The translations under genes and the position numbers were made by a program. A DNA stretch of 64,000 nucleotides from Eledone cirrhosa (Eukaryota), in contig OZ024762.1 in assembly GCA_964016885.1 (NCBI GenBank), forward strand, positions 29,202,001 through 29,266,000, written 5' to 3'. The notes below the pieces were generated by a model. That model was given only the letters and a program-made list of their open reading frames with translations, did no database searches and was not told where the DNA came from. This document shows positions 11,611 to 24,300 of this stretch, one piece after another; position 1 is the stretch's first letter; each line of letters opens with the position of its first letter.

Positions 11611-11998
11611 CTTCACCAAAGCCAGAGAATTTATTTTTGCAGCACTCTTCCTGTGAGAAAATCCATTCGGAGGTTGGAAATTTCACGATATACCACAGAA
11701 CAGAAACCACCTGCATTCATTCTCTGGAACACACTTTCTTTCCAGCTGTCATGTGATTGCACACCTGTGAACTATATTTTGAACTTTGAGCTCTTCTATT
11801 ACTTTTACTTTATTACATTGTATCTTTGGGTGATGGATAGATGGATGTCCAGTCGTTCTCTGGCCAAGAGCGGTTGGCTACCTTGATATCTATCATTGAT
11901 TTTTCCAGACATTCTTTTGTCGTAATTTTCATGCCTGTTACAACATTCTCGCCAACTTGCTACATATTTTCATTTCGATTTTTATACACTAAAATTCT

Positions 11999-12007
11999 GG
12001 CGGGAGG
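11999..12007 (+). other. Short polypurine tract (PPT)
   Basis: GGCGGGAGG lies 3 nt upstream of the 3' LTR within an otherwise T-rich region. It is short and interrupted by one C. Confidence 0.6.
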
Positions 12008-12010
12008 TTA

Positions 12011-12375
12011 TGTAGCGGTTGTCTCCCTTGTTTTGATTAGGATCTAGACGGGAAGTGGAACCCTTTCTGCAACTTCCGGTCAGAGCCCTATAAAACTAAC
12101 AACTTTAAGCTTCCTTTCTCTCTTTGCCTTTTCGGCACCAGGTCAAGAGCCTCTCATTTGGCTCTGCCATTAATTTGGCCAACAGGCGCCTGGCCTTAGC
12201 CAGGCGCCCTCTGCCAGCCGCGTTTGCCTGGCAATCAAAACGGTAACTACTAACTTTGTTTCATTCTAACATCTATCTTTGACATGTCAAGTATTCTATC
12301 TACCGTTAATTAAATATTATATACACAAACATTGTCTCGTTTTGTTACATTCATACACCCAGTAATCTCGCTATA
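12011..12375 (+). repeat. 3' LTR (365 bp)
   Basis: Copy of 10280-10644. Preceded by GGCGGGAGGTTA and followed by the TSD CTAC and satellite. Confidence 0.97.
12309..12314 (+). terminator. LTR polyadenylation signal ATTAAA (5' LTR copy 10578-10583)
   Basis: ATTAAA is followed by CA dinucleotides and a GT-rich tract (TTGTCTCGTTTTGTT), in the expected position near the R/U5 boundary. Confidence 0.6.
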
Positions 12376-15300
12376 CTACATTCTATCCTTCTCAGACACA
12401 GTTTCTCTCTCAACACATTACATGTCCATACCACCTCAGTCTCCTCTCCCGTACACTACATTCTATCCCTCTCAGACACAGTTTCTCTCTCAACACATCA
12501 CATGTCCATACCACCTCAGTCTCCTCTCCCGTACACTACATTCTATCCCTCTCAGACACAGTTTCTCTCTCAACACATTACATGTCCATACCACCTCAGT
12601 CTCCTGTCCCGTACACTACATTCTATCCTTCTCAGACACAGTTTCTCTCTCAACACATCACATGTCCATACCACCTCAGTCTCCTCTCCCGTACACTACA
12701 TTCTATCCTTCTCAGATACAGTTTCTCTCTCAACACATTACATGTCCATACCACCTCAGTCTCCTCTGCCGTACACTACATTCTATCAATCTCAGACACA
12801 GTTTCTCTCTCAACACATCACATGTCCATACCACCTCAGTCTCCTCTCCCGTACACTACATTCTATCCCTCTCAGACACAGTTTCTCTCTCAACACATCA
12901 CATGTCCATACCACCTCAGTCTTCTCTCCCACACACCACAACTTATCCCTGTTATACACAGTTTCACACTCATCACATCACATGTCCATTCCATCTCAGT
13001 CTTCTCTCCCACACACCACAACTTATCCCTCTTATACCCAGTTTCTCTCTCAACACATCACATGTCCATACCACCTCAGTCATCTCTCCCACACACCACA
13101 ACTTATCCCTCTTATACACAGTTTCTCTCTCAACTCATCACATGTCCATACCACCTCAGTCTCCTGTCCCGTACACTACATTCTATCCTTCTCAGACACA
13201 GTTTCTCTCTCAACACATCACATGTCCATACCACCTCAATGTCCTCTCCCGTACACTACGTTCTATCCCTCTCAGACACAGTTTCTCTCTCTACACATCA
13301 CATGTCCATACCACCTCAGTCTCCTGTCCCGTACACTACATTCTATCCCTCTCAGACACAGTTTCTCTCTCAACACATCACATGTCCATACCACCTCAGT
13401 CTCCTCTCCCGTACACTACATTCTATCCCTCTCAGACACAGTTTCTCTCTCAACACATCACATGTCCATACCACCTCAGTCTCCTGTCCCGTACACTACA
13501 TTCTATCCTTCTCAGACACAGTTTCTCTCTCAACACATCACATGTCCATACCACCTCAGTCTCCTCTCCCGTACACTACATTCTATCCCTCTCAGACACA
13601 GTTTCTCTCTCAACACATCACATGTCCATACCACCTCAGTCTCCTCTCCCGTACACTACATTCTATCCTTCTCAGATACAGTTTCTCTCTCAACACATTA
13701 CATGTCCATACCACCTCAGTCTCCTCTGCCGTACACTACATTCTATCCCTCTCAGACACAGTTTCTATCACAACACATCACATGTCCATACCACCTCAGT
13801 CTCCTCTCCCGTACACTACATTCTATCCCTCTCAGACACAGTTTCTCTCTCAACACATCACATGTCCATACCATCGCAGCCTTCTCTCCCACACACCACA
13901 ACTTATCCCTGTTATACACAGTTTCACACTCATCACATCACATGTCCATTCCATCTCAGTCTTCTCTCCCACACACCACAACTTATCCCTCTTATACACA
14001 GTTTCTCTCTCAACTCATCACATGTCCATACCACCTCAGTCTCCTGTCCCGTACACTACATTCTATCCTTCTCAGACACAGTTTCTCTCTCAACACATCA
14101 CATGTCCATACCACCTCAATCTCCTCTCCCGTACACTACGTTCTATCCCTCTCAGACACAGTTTCTCTCTCTACACATCACATGTCCATACCACCTCAGT
14201 CTCCTCTCCCGTACACTACATTCTATCCCTCTCAGACACAGTTTCTCTCTCAACACATCACATGTCCATACCACCTCAGTCTCCTGTCCCGTACACTACA
14301 TTCTATCCTTCTCAGACACAGTTTCTCTCTCAACACATTACATGTCCATACCACCTCAGTCTCCTCTCCCGTACACTACATTCTATCCCTCTCAGACACA
14401 GTTTCTCTCTCAACACATCACATGTCCATACCACCTCAGTCTCCTCTCCCGTACACTACATTCTATCCCTCTCGGACACAGTTTCTCTCTCAACACATCA
14501 CATGTCCATACCACCTCAGTCTCCTGTCCCGTACACTACATTCTATCCTTCTCAGACACAGTTTCTCTCTCAACACATCACATGTCCATACCACCTCAGT
14601 CTCCTCTCCCGTACACTACATTCTATCCCTCTCAGACACAGTTTCTCTCTCAACACATCACATGTCCATACCACCTCAGTCTCCTCTCCCGTACACTACA
14701 TTCTATCCTTCTCAGATACAGTTTCTCTCTCAACACATTACATGTCCATACCACCTCAGTCTCCTCTGCCGTACACTACATTCTATCCCTCTCAGACACA
14801 GTTTCTCTCTCAACACATCACATGTCGATACCACCTCAGTCTCCTCTCCCGTACACTACATTCTATCCCTCTCAGACACAGTTTCTCTCTCAACACATCA
14901 CATGTCCATAACATCGCAGCCTTCTCTCCCACACACCACAACTTATCCCTGTTATACACAGTTTCACACTCATCACATCACATGTCCATACCATCGCAGC
15001 CTTCTCTCCCACACAGCACAACTTATCCCTCTTATACCCAGTTTCTCTCTCAACATATCACATGTCCATACCATCTCAGTCTTCTCTCCCACACACTACA
15101 ACTTATCAATCTGATACCCAGTTTCTCTCTCAACACATCACATGTCCATACCATCTCAGTCTTCTCTCCCACACACTACAACTTATCCCTCTTATACACA
15201 GTTTCTCCCTCAACACATCACATGTCCATACCATCTCAGTCTTCTCTCCCACACACTACAACTTATCCCTCTTATACACAGTTTCTCTCTCAACGCATCA

Positions 15301-18300
15301 CCTGTCCATTCCATCTCAGTCTTCTCTCCCACACACCACAACTTATCCCTCTTATACACAATTTCTCTCTCAACTCATCACATGTCCATACCATCTCAGT
15401 CTTCTCTCCCACACACCACAACTTATCCCTCTTATACACAGTTTCTCTCTCAACACATCACATGTCCGTAGCATCTCAGTCATCTCTCTCACACACTACG
15501 ACTTATCCCTCTTATACACAGTTTCTCTCTCAACACATCACATGTCCATTCCATCTCAGTCTTCTCTCCCACACACCACAACTTATCCCTCTTATACCCA
15601 GTTTCTCTCTCAACACATCACATGTCGATACCACCTCAGTCATCTCTCCCACACACCACAACTTATCCCTCTTATACACAGTTTCTCTCTCAACTCATCA
15701 CATGTCCATACCACCTCAGTCTCCTGTCCCGTACACTACATTCTATCCTTCTCAGACACAGTTTCTCTCTCAACACATCACATGTCCATACCACCTCAAT
15801 CTCCTCTCCCGTACACTACATTCTATCCCTCTCAGACACAGTTTCTCTCTCTACACATCACATGTCCATACCACCTCAGTCTCCTCTCCCGTACACTACA
15901 TTCTATCCCTCTCAGACACAGTTTCTCTCTCAACACATCACATGTCCATACCACCTCAGTCTCCTGTCCCGTACACTACATTCTATCCTTCTCAGACACA
16001 GTTTCTCTCTCAACACATTACATGTCCATACCACCTCAGTCTCCTCTCCCGTACACTACATTCTATCGCTCTCAGACACAGTTTCTCTCTCAACACATCA
16101 CATGTCCATACCACCTCAGTCTCCTCTCCCGTACACTACATTCTATCCCTCTCAGACACAGTTTCTCTCTCAACACATCACATGTCCATACCACCTCAGT
16201 CTCCTGTCCCGTACACTACATTCTATCCTTCTCAGACACAGTTTCTCTCTCAACATATCACATGTCCATACCACCTCAGTCTCCTCTCCCGTACACTACA
16301 TTCTATCCCTCTCAGACACAGTTTCTCTCTCAACACATCACATGTCCATACCACCTCAGTCTCCTCTCCCGTACACTACATTCTATCCTTCTCAGATACA
16401 GTTTCTCTCTCAACACATTGCATGTCCATACCACCTCAGTCTCCTCTGCCGTACACTACATTCTATCCCTCTCAGACACAGTTTCTCTCTCAACACATCA
16501 CATGTCCATACCACCTCAGTCTCCTCTCCCGTACACTACATTCTATCCCTCTCAGACACAGTTTCTCTCTCAACACATCACATGTCCATACCACCTCAGT
16601 CTTCTCTCCCGTACACTACATTCTATCTCTCTCAGATACAGTTTCTCTCTCAACACATCACATGTCCATACCACCTCAGTCTCCTGTCCCGTACACTACA
16701 TTCTATCCTTCTCAGACACAGTTTCTCTCTCAACACATTACATGTCCATACCACCTCAGTCTCCTCTCCCGTACACTACATTCTATCCCTCTCAGACACA
16801 GTTTCTCTCTCAACACATCACATGTCCATACCACCTCAGTCTCCTCTCCCGTACACTACATTCTATCCCTCTCGGACACAGTTTCTCTCTCAACACATCA
16901 CATGTCCATACCACCTCAGTCTCCTGTCCCGTACACTACATTCTATCCTTCTCAGACACAGTTTCTCTCTCAACACATCACATGTCCATACCACCTCAGT
17001 CTCCTCTCCCGTACACTACATTCTATCCCTCTCAGACACAGTTTCTCTCTCAACACATCACATGTCCATACCACCTCAGTCTCCTCTCCCGTACACTACA
17101 TTCTATCCTTCTCAGATACAGTTTCTCTCTCAACACATTACATGTCCATACCACCTCAGTCTCCTCTGCCGTACACTACATTCTATCCCTCTCAGACACA
17201 GTTTCTCTCTCAACACATCACATGTCGATACCACCTCAGTCTCCTCTCCCGTACACTACATTCTATCCCTCTCAGACACAGTTTCTCTCTCAACACATCA
17301 CATGTCCATAACATCGCAGCCTTCTCTCCCACACACCACAACTTATCCCTGTTATACACAGTTTCACACTCATCACATCACATGTCCATACCATCGCAGC
17401 CTTCTCTCCCACACAGCACAACTTATCCCTCTTATACCCAGTTTCTCTCTCAACATATCACATGTCCATACCATCTCAGTCTTCTCTCCCACACACTACA
17501 ACTTATCAATCTGATACCCAGTTTCTCTCTCAACACATCACATGTCCATACCATCTCAGTCTTCTCTCCCACACACTACAACTTATCCCTCTTATACACA
17601 GTTTCTCCCTCAACACATCACATGTCCATACCATCTCAGTCTTCTCTCCCACACACTACAACTTATCCCTCTTATACACAGTTTCTCTCTCAACGCATCA
17701 CCTGTCCATTCCATCTCAGTCTTCTCTCCCACACACCACAACTTATCCCTCTTATACACAATTTCTCTCTCAACTCATCACATGTCCATACCATCTCAGT
17801 CTTCTCTCCCACACACCACAACTTATCCCTCTTATACACAGTTTCTCTCTCAACACATCACATGTCCGTAGCATCTCAGTCATCTCTCTCACACACTACG
17901 ACTTATCCCTCTTATACACAGTTTCTCTCTCAACACATCACATGTCCATTCCATCTCAGTCTTCTTTCCCACACACCACAACTTATCCCTCTTATACCCA
18001 GTTTCTCTCTCAACACATCACATGTCGATACCACCTCAGTCATCTCTCCCACACACCACAACTTATCCCTCTTATACACAGTTTCTCTCTCAACTCATCA
18101 CATGTCCATACCACCTCAGTCTCCTGTCCCGTACACTACATTCTATCCTTCTCAGACACAGTTTCTCTCTCAACACATCACATGTCCATACCACCTCAAT
18201 CTCCTCTCCCGTACACTACATTCTATCCCTCTCAGACACAGTTTCTCTCTCTACACATCACATGTCCATACCACCTCAGTCTCCTCTCCCGTACACTACA

Positions 18301-21300
18301 TTCTATCCCTCTCAGACACAGTTTCTCTCTCAACACATCACATGTCCATACCACCTCAGTCTCCTGTCCCGTACACTACATTCTATCCTTCTCAGACACA
18401 GTTTCTCTCTCAACACATTACATGTCCATACCACCTCAGTCTCCTCTCCCGTACACTACATTCTATCGCTCTCAGACACAGTTTCTCTCTCAACACATCA
18501 CATGTCCATACCACCTCAGTCTCCTCTCCCGTACACTACATTCTATCCCTCTCAGACACAGTTTCTCTCTCAACACATCACATGTCCATACCACCTCAGT
18601 CTCCTGTCCCGTACACTACATTCTATCCTTCTCAGACACAGTTTCTCTCTCAACATATCACATGTCCATACCACCTCAGTCTCCTCTCCCGTACACTACA
18701 TTCTATCCCTCTCAGACACAGTTTCTCTCTCAACACATCACATGTCCATACCACCTCAGTCTCCTCTCCCGTACACTACATTCTATCCTTCTCAGATACA
18801 GTTTCTCTCTCAACACATTGCATGTCCATACCACCTCAGTCTCCTCTGCCGTACACTACATTCTATCCCTCTCAGACACAGTTTCTCTCTCAACACATCA
18901 CATGTCCATACCACCTCAGTCTCCTCTCCCGTACACTACATTCTATCCCTCTCAGACACAGTTTCTCTCTCAACACATCACATGTCCATACCACCTCAGT
19001 CTTCTCTCCCGTACACTACATTCTATCTCTCTCAGATACAGTTTCTCTCTCAACACATCACATGTCCATACCACCTCAGTCTCCTCTCCCGTACACTACA
19101 TTCTATCCTTCTCAGACACAGTTTCTCTCTCAACACATCACATGTCCATACCACCTCAGTCTATTCTCCCGTACACTACATTCTATCCCTCTCAGACACA
19201 GTTTCTCTCTCAACACATCACATGTCCATACCACCTCAGTCTCCTCTCCCGTACACTACATTCTATCCCTCTCAGACACAGTTTCTCTCTCAACACATCA
19301 CATGTCCATACCACCTCAGTCTCCTGTCCCGTACACTACATTCTATCCTTCTCAGACACAGTTTCTCTCTCAACACATCACATGTCCATACCACCTCAGT
19401 CTCCTCTCCCGTACACTACATTCTATCCTTCTCAGATACAGTTTCTCTCTCAACACATTACATGTCCATACCACCTCAGTCTCCTCTGCCGTACACTACA
19501 TTCTATCCATCTCAGACACAGTTTCTCTCTCAACACATCACATGTCCATACCACCTCAGTCTCCTCTCCCGTACACTACATTCTATCCCACTCAGACACA
19601 GTTTCTCTCTCAACACATCACATGTCCATACCACCTCAGTCTTCTCTCCCACACACCACAACTTATCCCTGTTATACACAGTTTCACACTCATCACATCA
19701 CATGTCCATTCCATCTCAGTCTTCTCTCCCACACACCACAACTTATCCCTCTTATACCCAGTTTCTCTCTCAACACATCACATGTCCATACCACCTCAGT
19801 CATCTCTCCCACACACCACAACTTATCCCTCTTATACACAGTTTCTCTCTCAACTCATCACATGTCCATACCACCTCAGTCTCCTGTCCCGTACACTACA
19901 TTCTATCCTTCTCAGACACAGTTTCTCTCTCAACACATCACATGTCCATACCACCTCAATGTCCTCTCCCGTACACTACGTTCTATCCCTCTCAGACACA
20001 GTTTCTCTCTCTACACATCACATGTCCATACCACCTCAGTCTCCTGTCCCGTACACTACATTCTATCCCTCTCAGACACAGTTTCTCTCTCAACACATCA
20101 CATGTCCATACCACCTCAGTCTCCTCTCCCGTACACTACATTCTATCCCTCTCAGACACAGTTTCTCTCTCAACACATCACATGTCCATACCACCTCAGT
20201 CTCCTGTCCCGTACACTACATTCTATCCTTCTCAGACACAGTTTCTCTCTCAACACATCACATGTCCATACCACCTCAGTCTCCTCTCCCGTACACTACA
20301 TTCTATCCTTCTCAGACACAGTTTCTCTCTCAACACATTACATGTCCATACCACCTCAGTCTCCTCTCCCGTACACTACATTCTATCCCTCTCAGACACA
20401 GTTTCTCTCTCAACACATCACATGTCCATACCACCTCAGTCTCCTCTCCCGTACACTACATTCTATCCCTCTCGGACACAGTTTCTCTCTCAACACATCA
20501 CATGTCCATACCACCTCAGTCTCCTGTCCCGTACACTACATTCTATCCTTCTCAGACACAGTTTCTCTCTCAACACATCACATGTCCATACCACCTCAGT
20601 CTCCTCTCCCGTACACTACATTCTATCCCTCTCAGACACAGTTTCTCTCTCAACACATCACATGTCCATACCACCTCAGTCTCCTCTCCCGTACACTACA
20701 TTCTATCCTTCTCAGATACAGTTTCTCTCTCAACACATTACATGTCCATACCACCTCAGTCTCCTCTGCCGTACACTACATTCTATCCCTCTCAGACACA
20801 GTTTCTCTCTCAACACATCACATGTCGATACCACCTCAGTCTCCTCTCCCGTACACTACATTCTATCCCTCTCAGACACAGTTTCTCTCTCAACACATCA
20901 CATGTCCATAACATCGCAGCCTTCTCTCCCACACACCACAACTTATCCCTGTTATACACAGTTTCACACTCATCACATCACATGTCCATACCAGCGCAGC
21001 CTTCTCTCCCACACAGCACAACTTATCCCTCTTATACCCAGTTTCTCTCTCAACATATCACATGTCCATACCATCTCAGTCTTCTCTCCCACACACTACA
21101 ACTTATCAATCTGATACCCAGTTTCTCTCTCAACACATCACATGTCCATACCATCTCAGTCTTCTCTCCCACACACTACAACTTATCCCTCTTATACACA
21201 GTTTCTCCCTCAACACATCACATGTCCATACCATCTCAGTCTTCTCTCCCACACACTACAACTTATCCCTCTTATACACAGTTTCTCTCTCAACGCATCA

Positions 21301-24300
21301 CCTGTCCATTCCATCTCAGTCTTCTCTCCCACACACCACAACTTATCCCTCTTATACACAATTTCTCTCTCAACTCATCACATGTCCATACCATCTCAGT
21401 CTTCTCTCCCACACACCACAACTTATCCCTCTTATACACAGTTTCTCTCTCAACACATCACATGTCCGTAGCATCTCAGTCATCTCTCTCACACACTACG
21501 ACTTATCCCTCTTATACACAGTTTCTCTCTCAACACATCACATGTCCATTCCATCTCAGTCTTCTCTCCCACACACCACAACTTATCCCTCTTATACCCA
21601 GTTTCTCTCTCAACACATCACATGTCGATACCACCTCAGTCATCTCTCCCACACACCACAACTTATCCCTCTTATACACAGTTTCTCTCTCAACTCATCA
21701 CATGTCCATACCACCTCAGTCTCCTGTCCCGTACACTACATTCTATCCTTCTCAGACACAGTTTCTCTCTCAACACATCACATGTCCATACCACCTCAAT
21801 CTCCTCTCCCGTACACTACATTCTATCCCTCTCAGACACAGTTTCTCTCTCTACACATCACATGTCCATACCACCTCAGTCTCCTCTCCCGTACACTACA
21901 TTCTATCCCTCTCAGACACAGTTTCTCTCTCAACACATCACATGTCCATACCACCTCAGTCTCCTGTCCCGTACACTACATTCTATCCTTCTCAGACACA
22001 GTTTCTCTCTCAACACATTACATGTCCATACCACCTCAGTCTCCTCTCCCGTACACTACATTCTATCGCTCTCAGACACAGTTTCTCTCTCAACACATCA
22101 CATGTCCATACCACCTCAGTCTCCTCTCCCGTACACTACATTCTATCCCTCTCAGACACAGTTTCTTTCTCAACACATCACATGTCCATACCACCTCAGT
22201 CTCCTGTCCCGTACACTACATTCTATCCTTCTCAGACACAGTTTCTCTCTCAACACATCACATGTCCATACCACCTCAGTCTCCTCTCCCGTACACTACA
22301 TTCTATCCCTCTCAGACACAGTTTCTCTCTCAACACATCACATGTCCATACCACCTCAGTCTCCTCTCCCGTACACTACATTCTATCCTTCTCAGATACA
22401 GTTTCTCTCTCAACACATTGCATGTCCATACCACCTCAGTCTCCTCTGCCGTACACTACATTCTATCCCTCTCAGACACAGTTTCTCTCTCAACACATCA
22501 CATGTCCATACCACCTCAGTCTCCTCTCCCGTACACTACATTCTATCCCTCTCAGACACAGTTTCTCTCTCAACACATCACATGTCCATACCACCTCAGT
22601 CTTCTCTCCCGTACACTACATTCTATCTCTCTCAGATACAGTTTCTCTCTCAACACATCACATGTCCATACCACCTCAGTCTCCTCTCCCGTACACTACA
22701 TTCTATCCTTCTCAGACACAGTTTCTCTCTCAACACATCACATGTCCATACCACCTCAGTCTATTCTCCCGTACACTACATTCTATCCCTCTCAGACACA
22801 GTTTCTCTCTCAACACATCACATTTCCATACCACCTCAGTCTCCTCTCCCGTACACTACATTCTATCCCTCTCAGACACAGTTTCTCTCTCAACACATCA
22901 CATGTCCATACCACCTCAGTCTCCTGTCCCGTACACTACATTCTATCCTTCTCAGACACAGTTTCTCTCTCAACACATCACATGTCCATACCACCTCAGT
23001 CTCCTCTCCCGTACACTACATTCTATCCTTCTCAGATACAGTTTCTCTCTCAACACATTACATGTCCATACCACCTCAGTCTCCTCTGCCGTACACTACA
23101 TTCTATCCATCTCAGACACAGTTTCTCTCTCAACACATCACATGTCCATACCACCTCAGTCTTCTCTCCCACACACCACAACTTATCCCTGTTATACACA
23201 GTTTCACACTCATCACATCACATGTCCATTCCATCTCAGTCTTCTCTCCCACACACCACAACTTATCCCTCTTATACCCAGTTTCTCTCTCAACACATCA
23301 CATGTCCATACCACCTCAGTCATCTCTCCCACACACCACAACTTATCCCTCTTATACACAGTTTCTCTCTCAACTCATCACATGTCCATACCACCTCAGT
23401 CTCCTGTCCCGTACACTACATTCTATCCTTCTCAGACACAGTTTCTCTCTCAACACATCACATGTCCATACCACCTCAATGTCCTCTCCCGTACACTACG
23501 TTCTATCCCTCTCAGACACAGTTTCTCTCTCTACACATCACATGTCCATACCACCTCAGTCTCCTGTCCCGTACACTACATTCTATCCCTCTCAGACACA
23601 GTTTCTCTCTCAACACATCACATGTCCATACCACCTCAGTCTCCTCTCCCGTACACTACATTCTATCCCTCTCAGACACAGTTTCTCTCTCAACACATCA
23701 CATGTCCATACCACCTCAGTCTCCTGTCCCGTAAACTACATTCTATCCTTCTCAGACACAGTTTCTCTCTCAACACATCACATGTCCATACCACCTCAGT
23801 CTCCTCTCCCGTACACTACATTCTATCCCTCTCAGACACAGTTTCTCTCTCAACACATCACATGTCCATACCACCTCAGTCTCCTCTCCCGTACACTACA
23901 TTCTATCCTTCTCAGATACAGTTTCTCTCTCAACACATTACATGTCCATACCACCTCAGTCTCCTCTGCCGTACACTACATTCTATCCCTCTCAGACACA
24001 GTTTCTATCACAACACATCACATGTCCATACCACCTCAGTCTCCTCTCCCGTACACTACATTCTATCCCTCTCAGACACAGTTTCTCTCTCAACACATCA
24101 CATGTCCATACCATCGCAGCCTTCTCTCCCACACACCACAACTTATCCCTGTTATACACAGTTTCACACTCATCACATCACATGTCCATTCCATCTCAGT
24201 CTTCTCTCCCACACACCACAACTTATCCCTCTTATACACAGTTTCTCTCTCAACTCATCACATGTCCATACCACCTCAGTCTCCTGTCCCGTACACTACA

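Larger units (their letters stand above)
10280..12375 (+). mobile_element. Non-autonomous LTR retrotransposon (2,096 bp; non-coding internal region; TRIM/LARD-like, possibly Gypsy-dependent)
   Basis: 365-bp direct terminal repeats (10280-10644 and 12011-12375). PBS lies just after the 5' LTR and a purine tract just before the 3' LTR. A CTAC duplication flanks the element. Satellite phase resumes shifted by exactly 2,100 bp (CATGTCC at 10241, then 12421 = 80+2096+4). No gag/pol-sized ORF in the 1,366-bp interior. Superfamily assignment is inference. Confidence 0.95.

Noticed and set aside
10809-12047. Short ORFs inside the element, including the poly-Q ORF 11524-11886
   Set aside because: All are 120 aa or shorter, several rely on non-ATG starts, they are low-complexity, and none has gag zinc-knuckle, protease, RT or integrase motifs.
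10280-12375. DNA transposon/MITE or simple segmental duplication
   Set aside because: The terminal repeats are long and direct, with PBS and PPT in canonical positions. The inverted repeat is only 7 bp.
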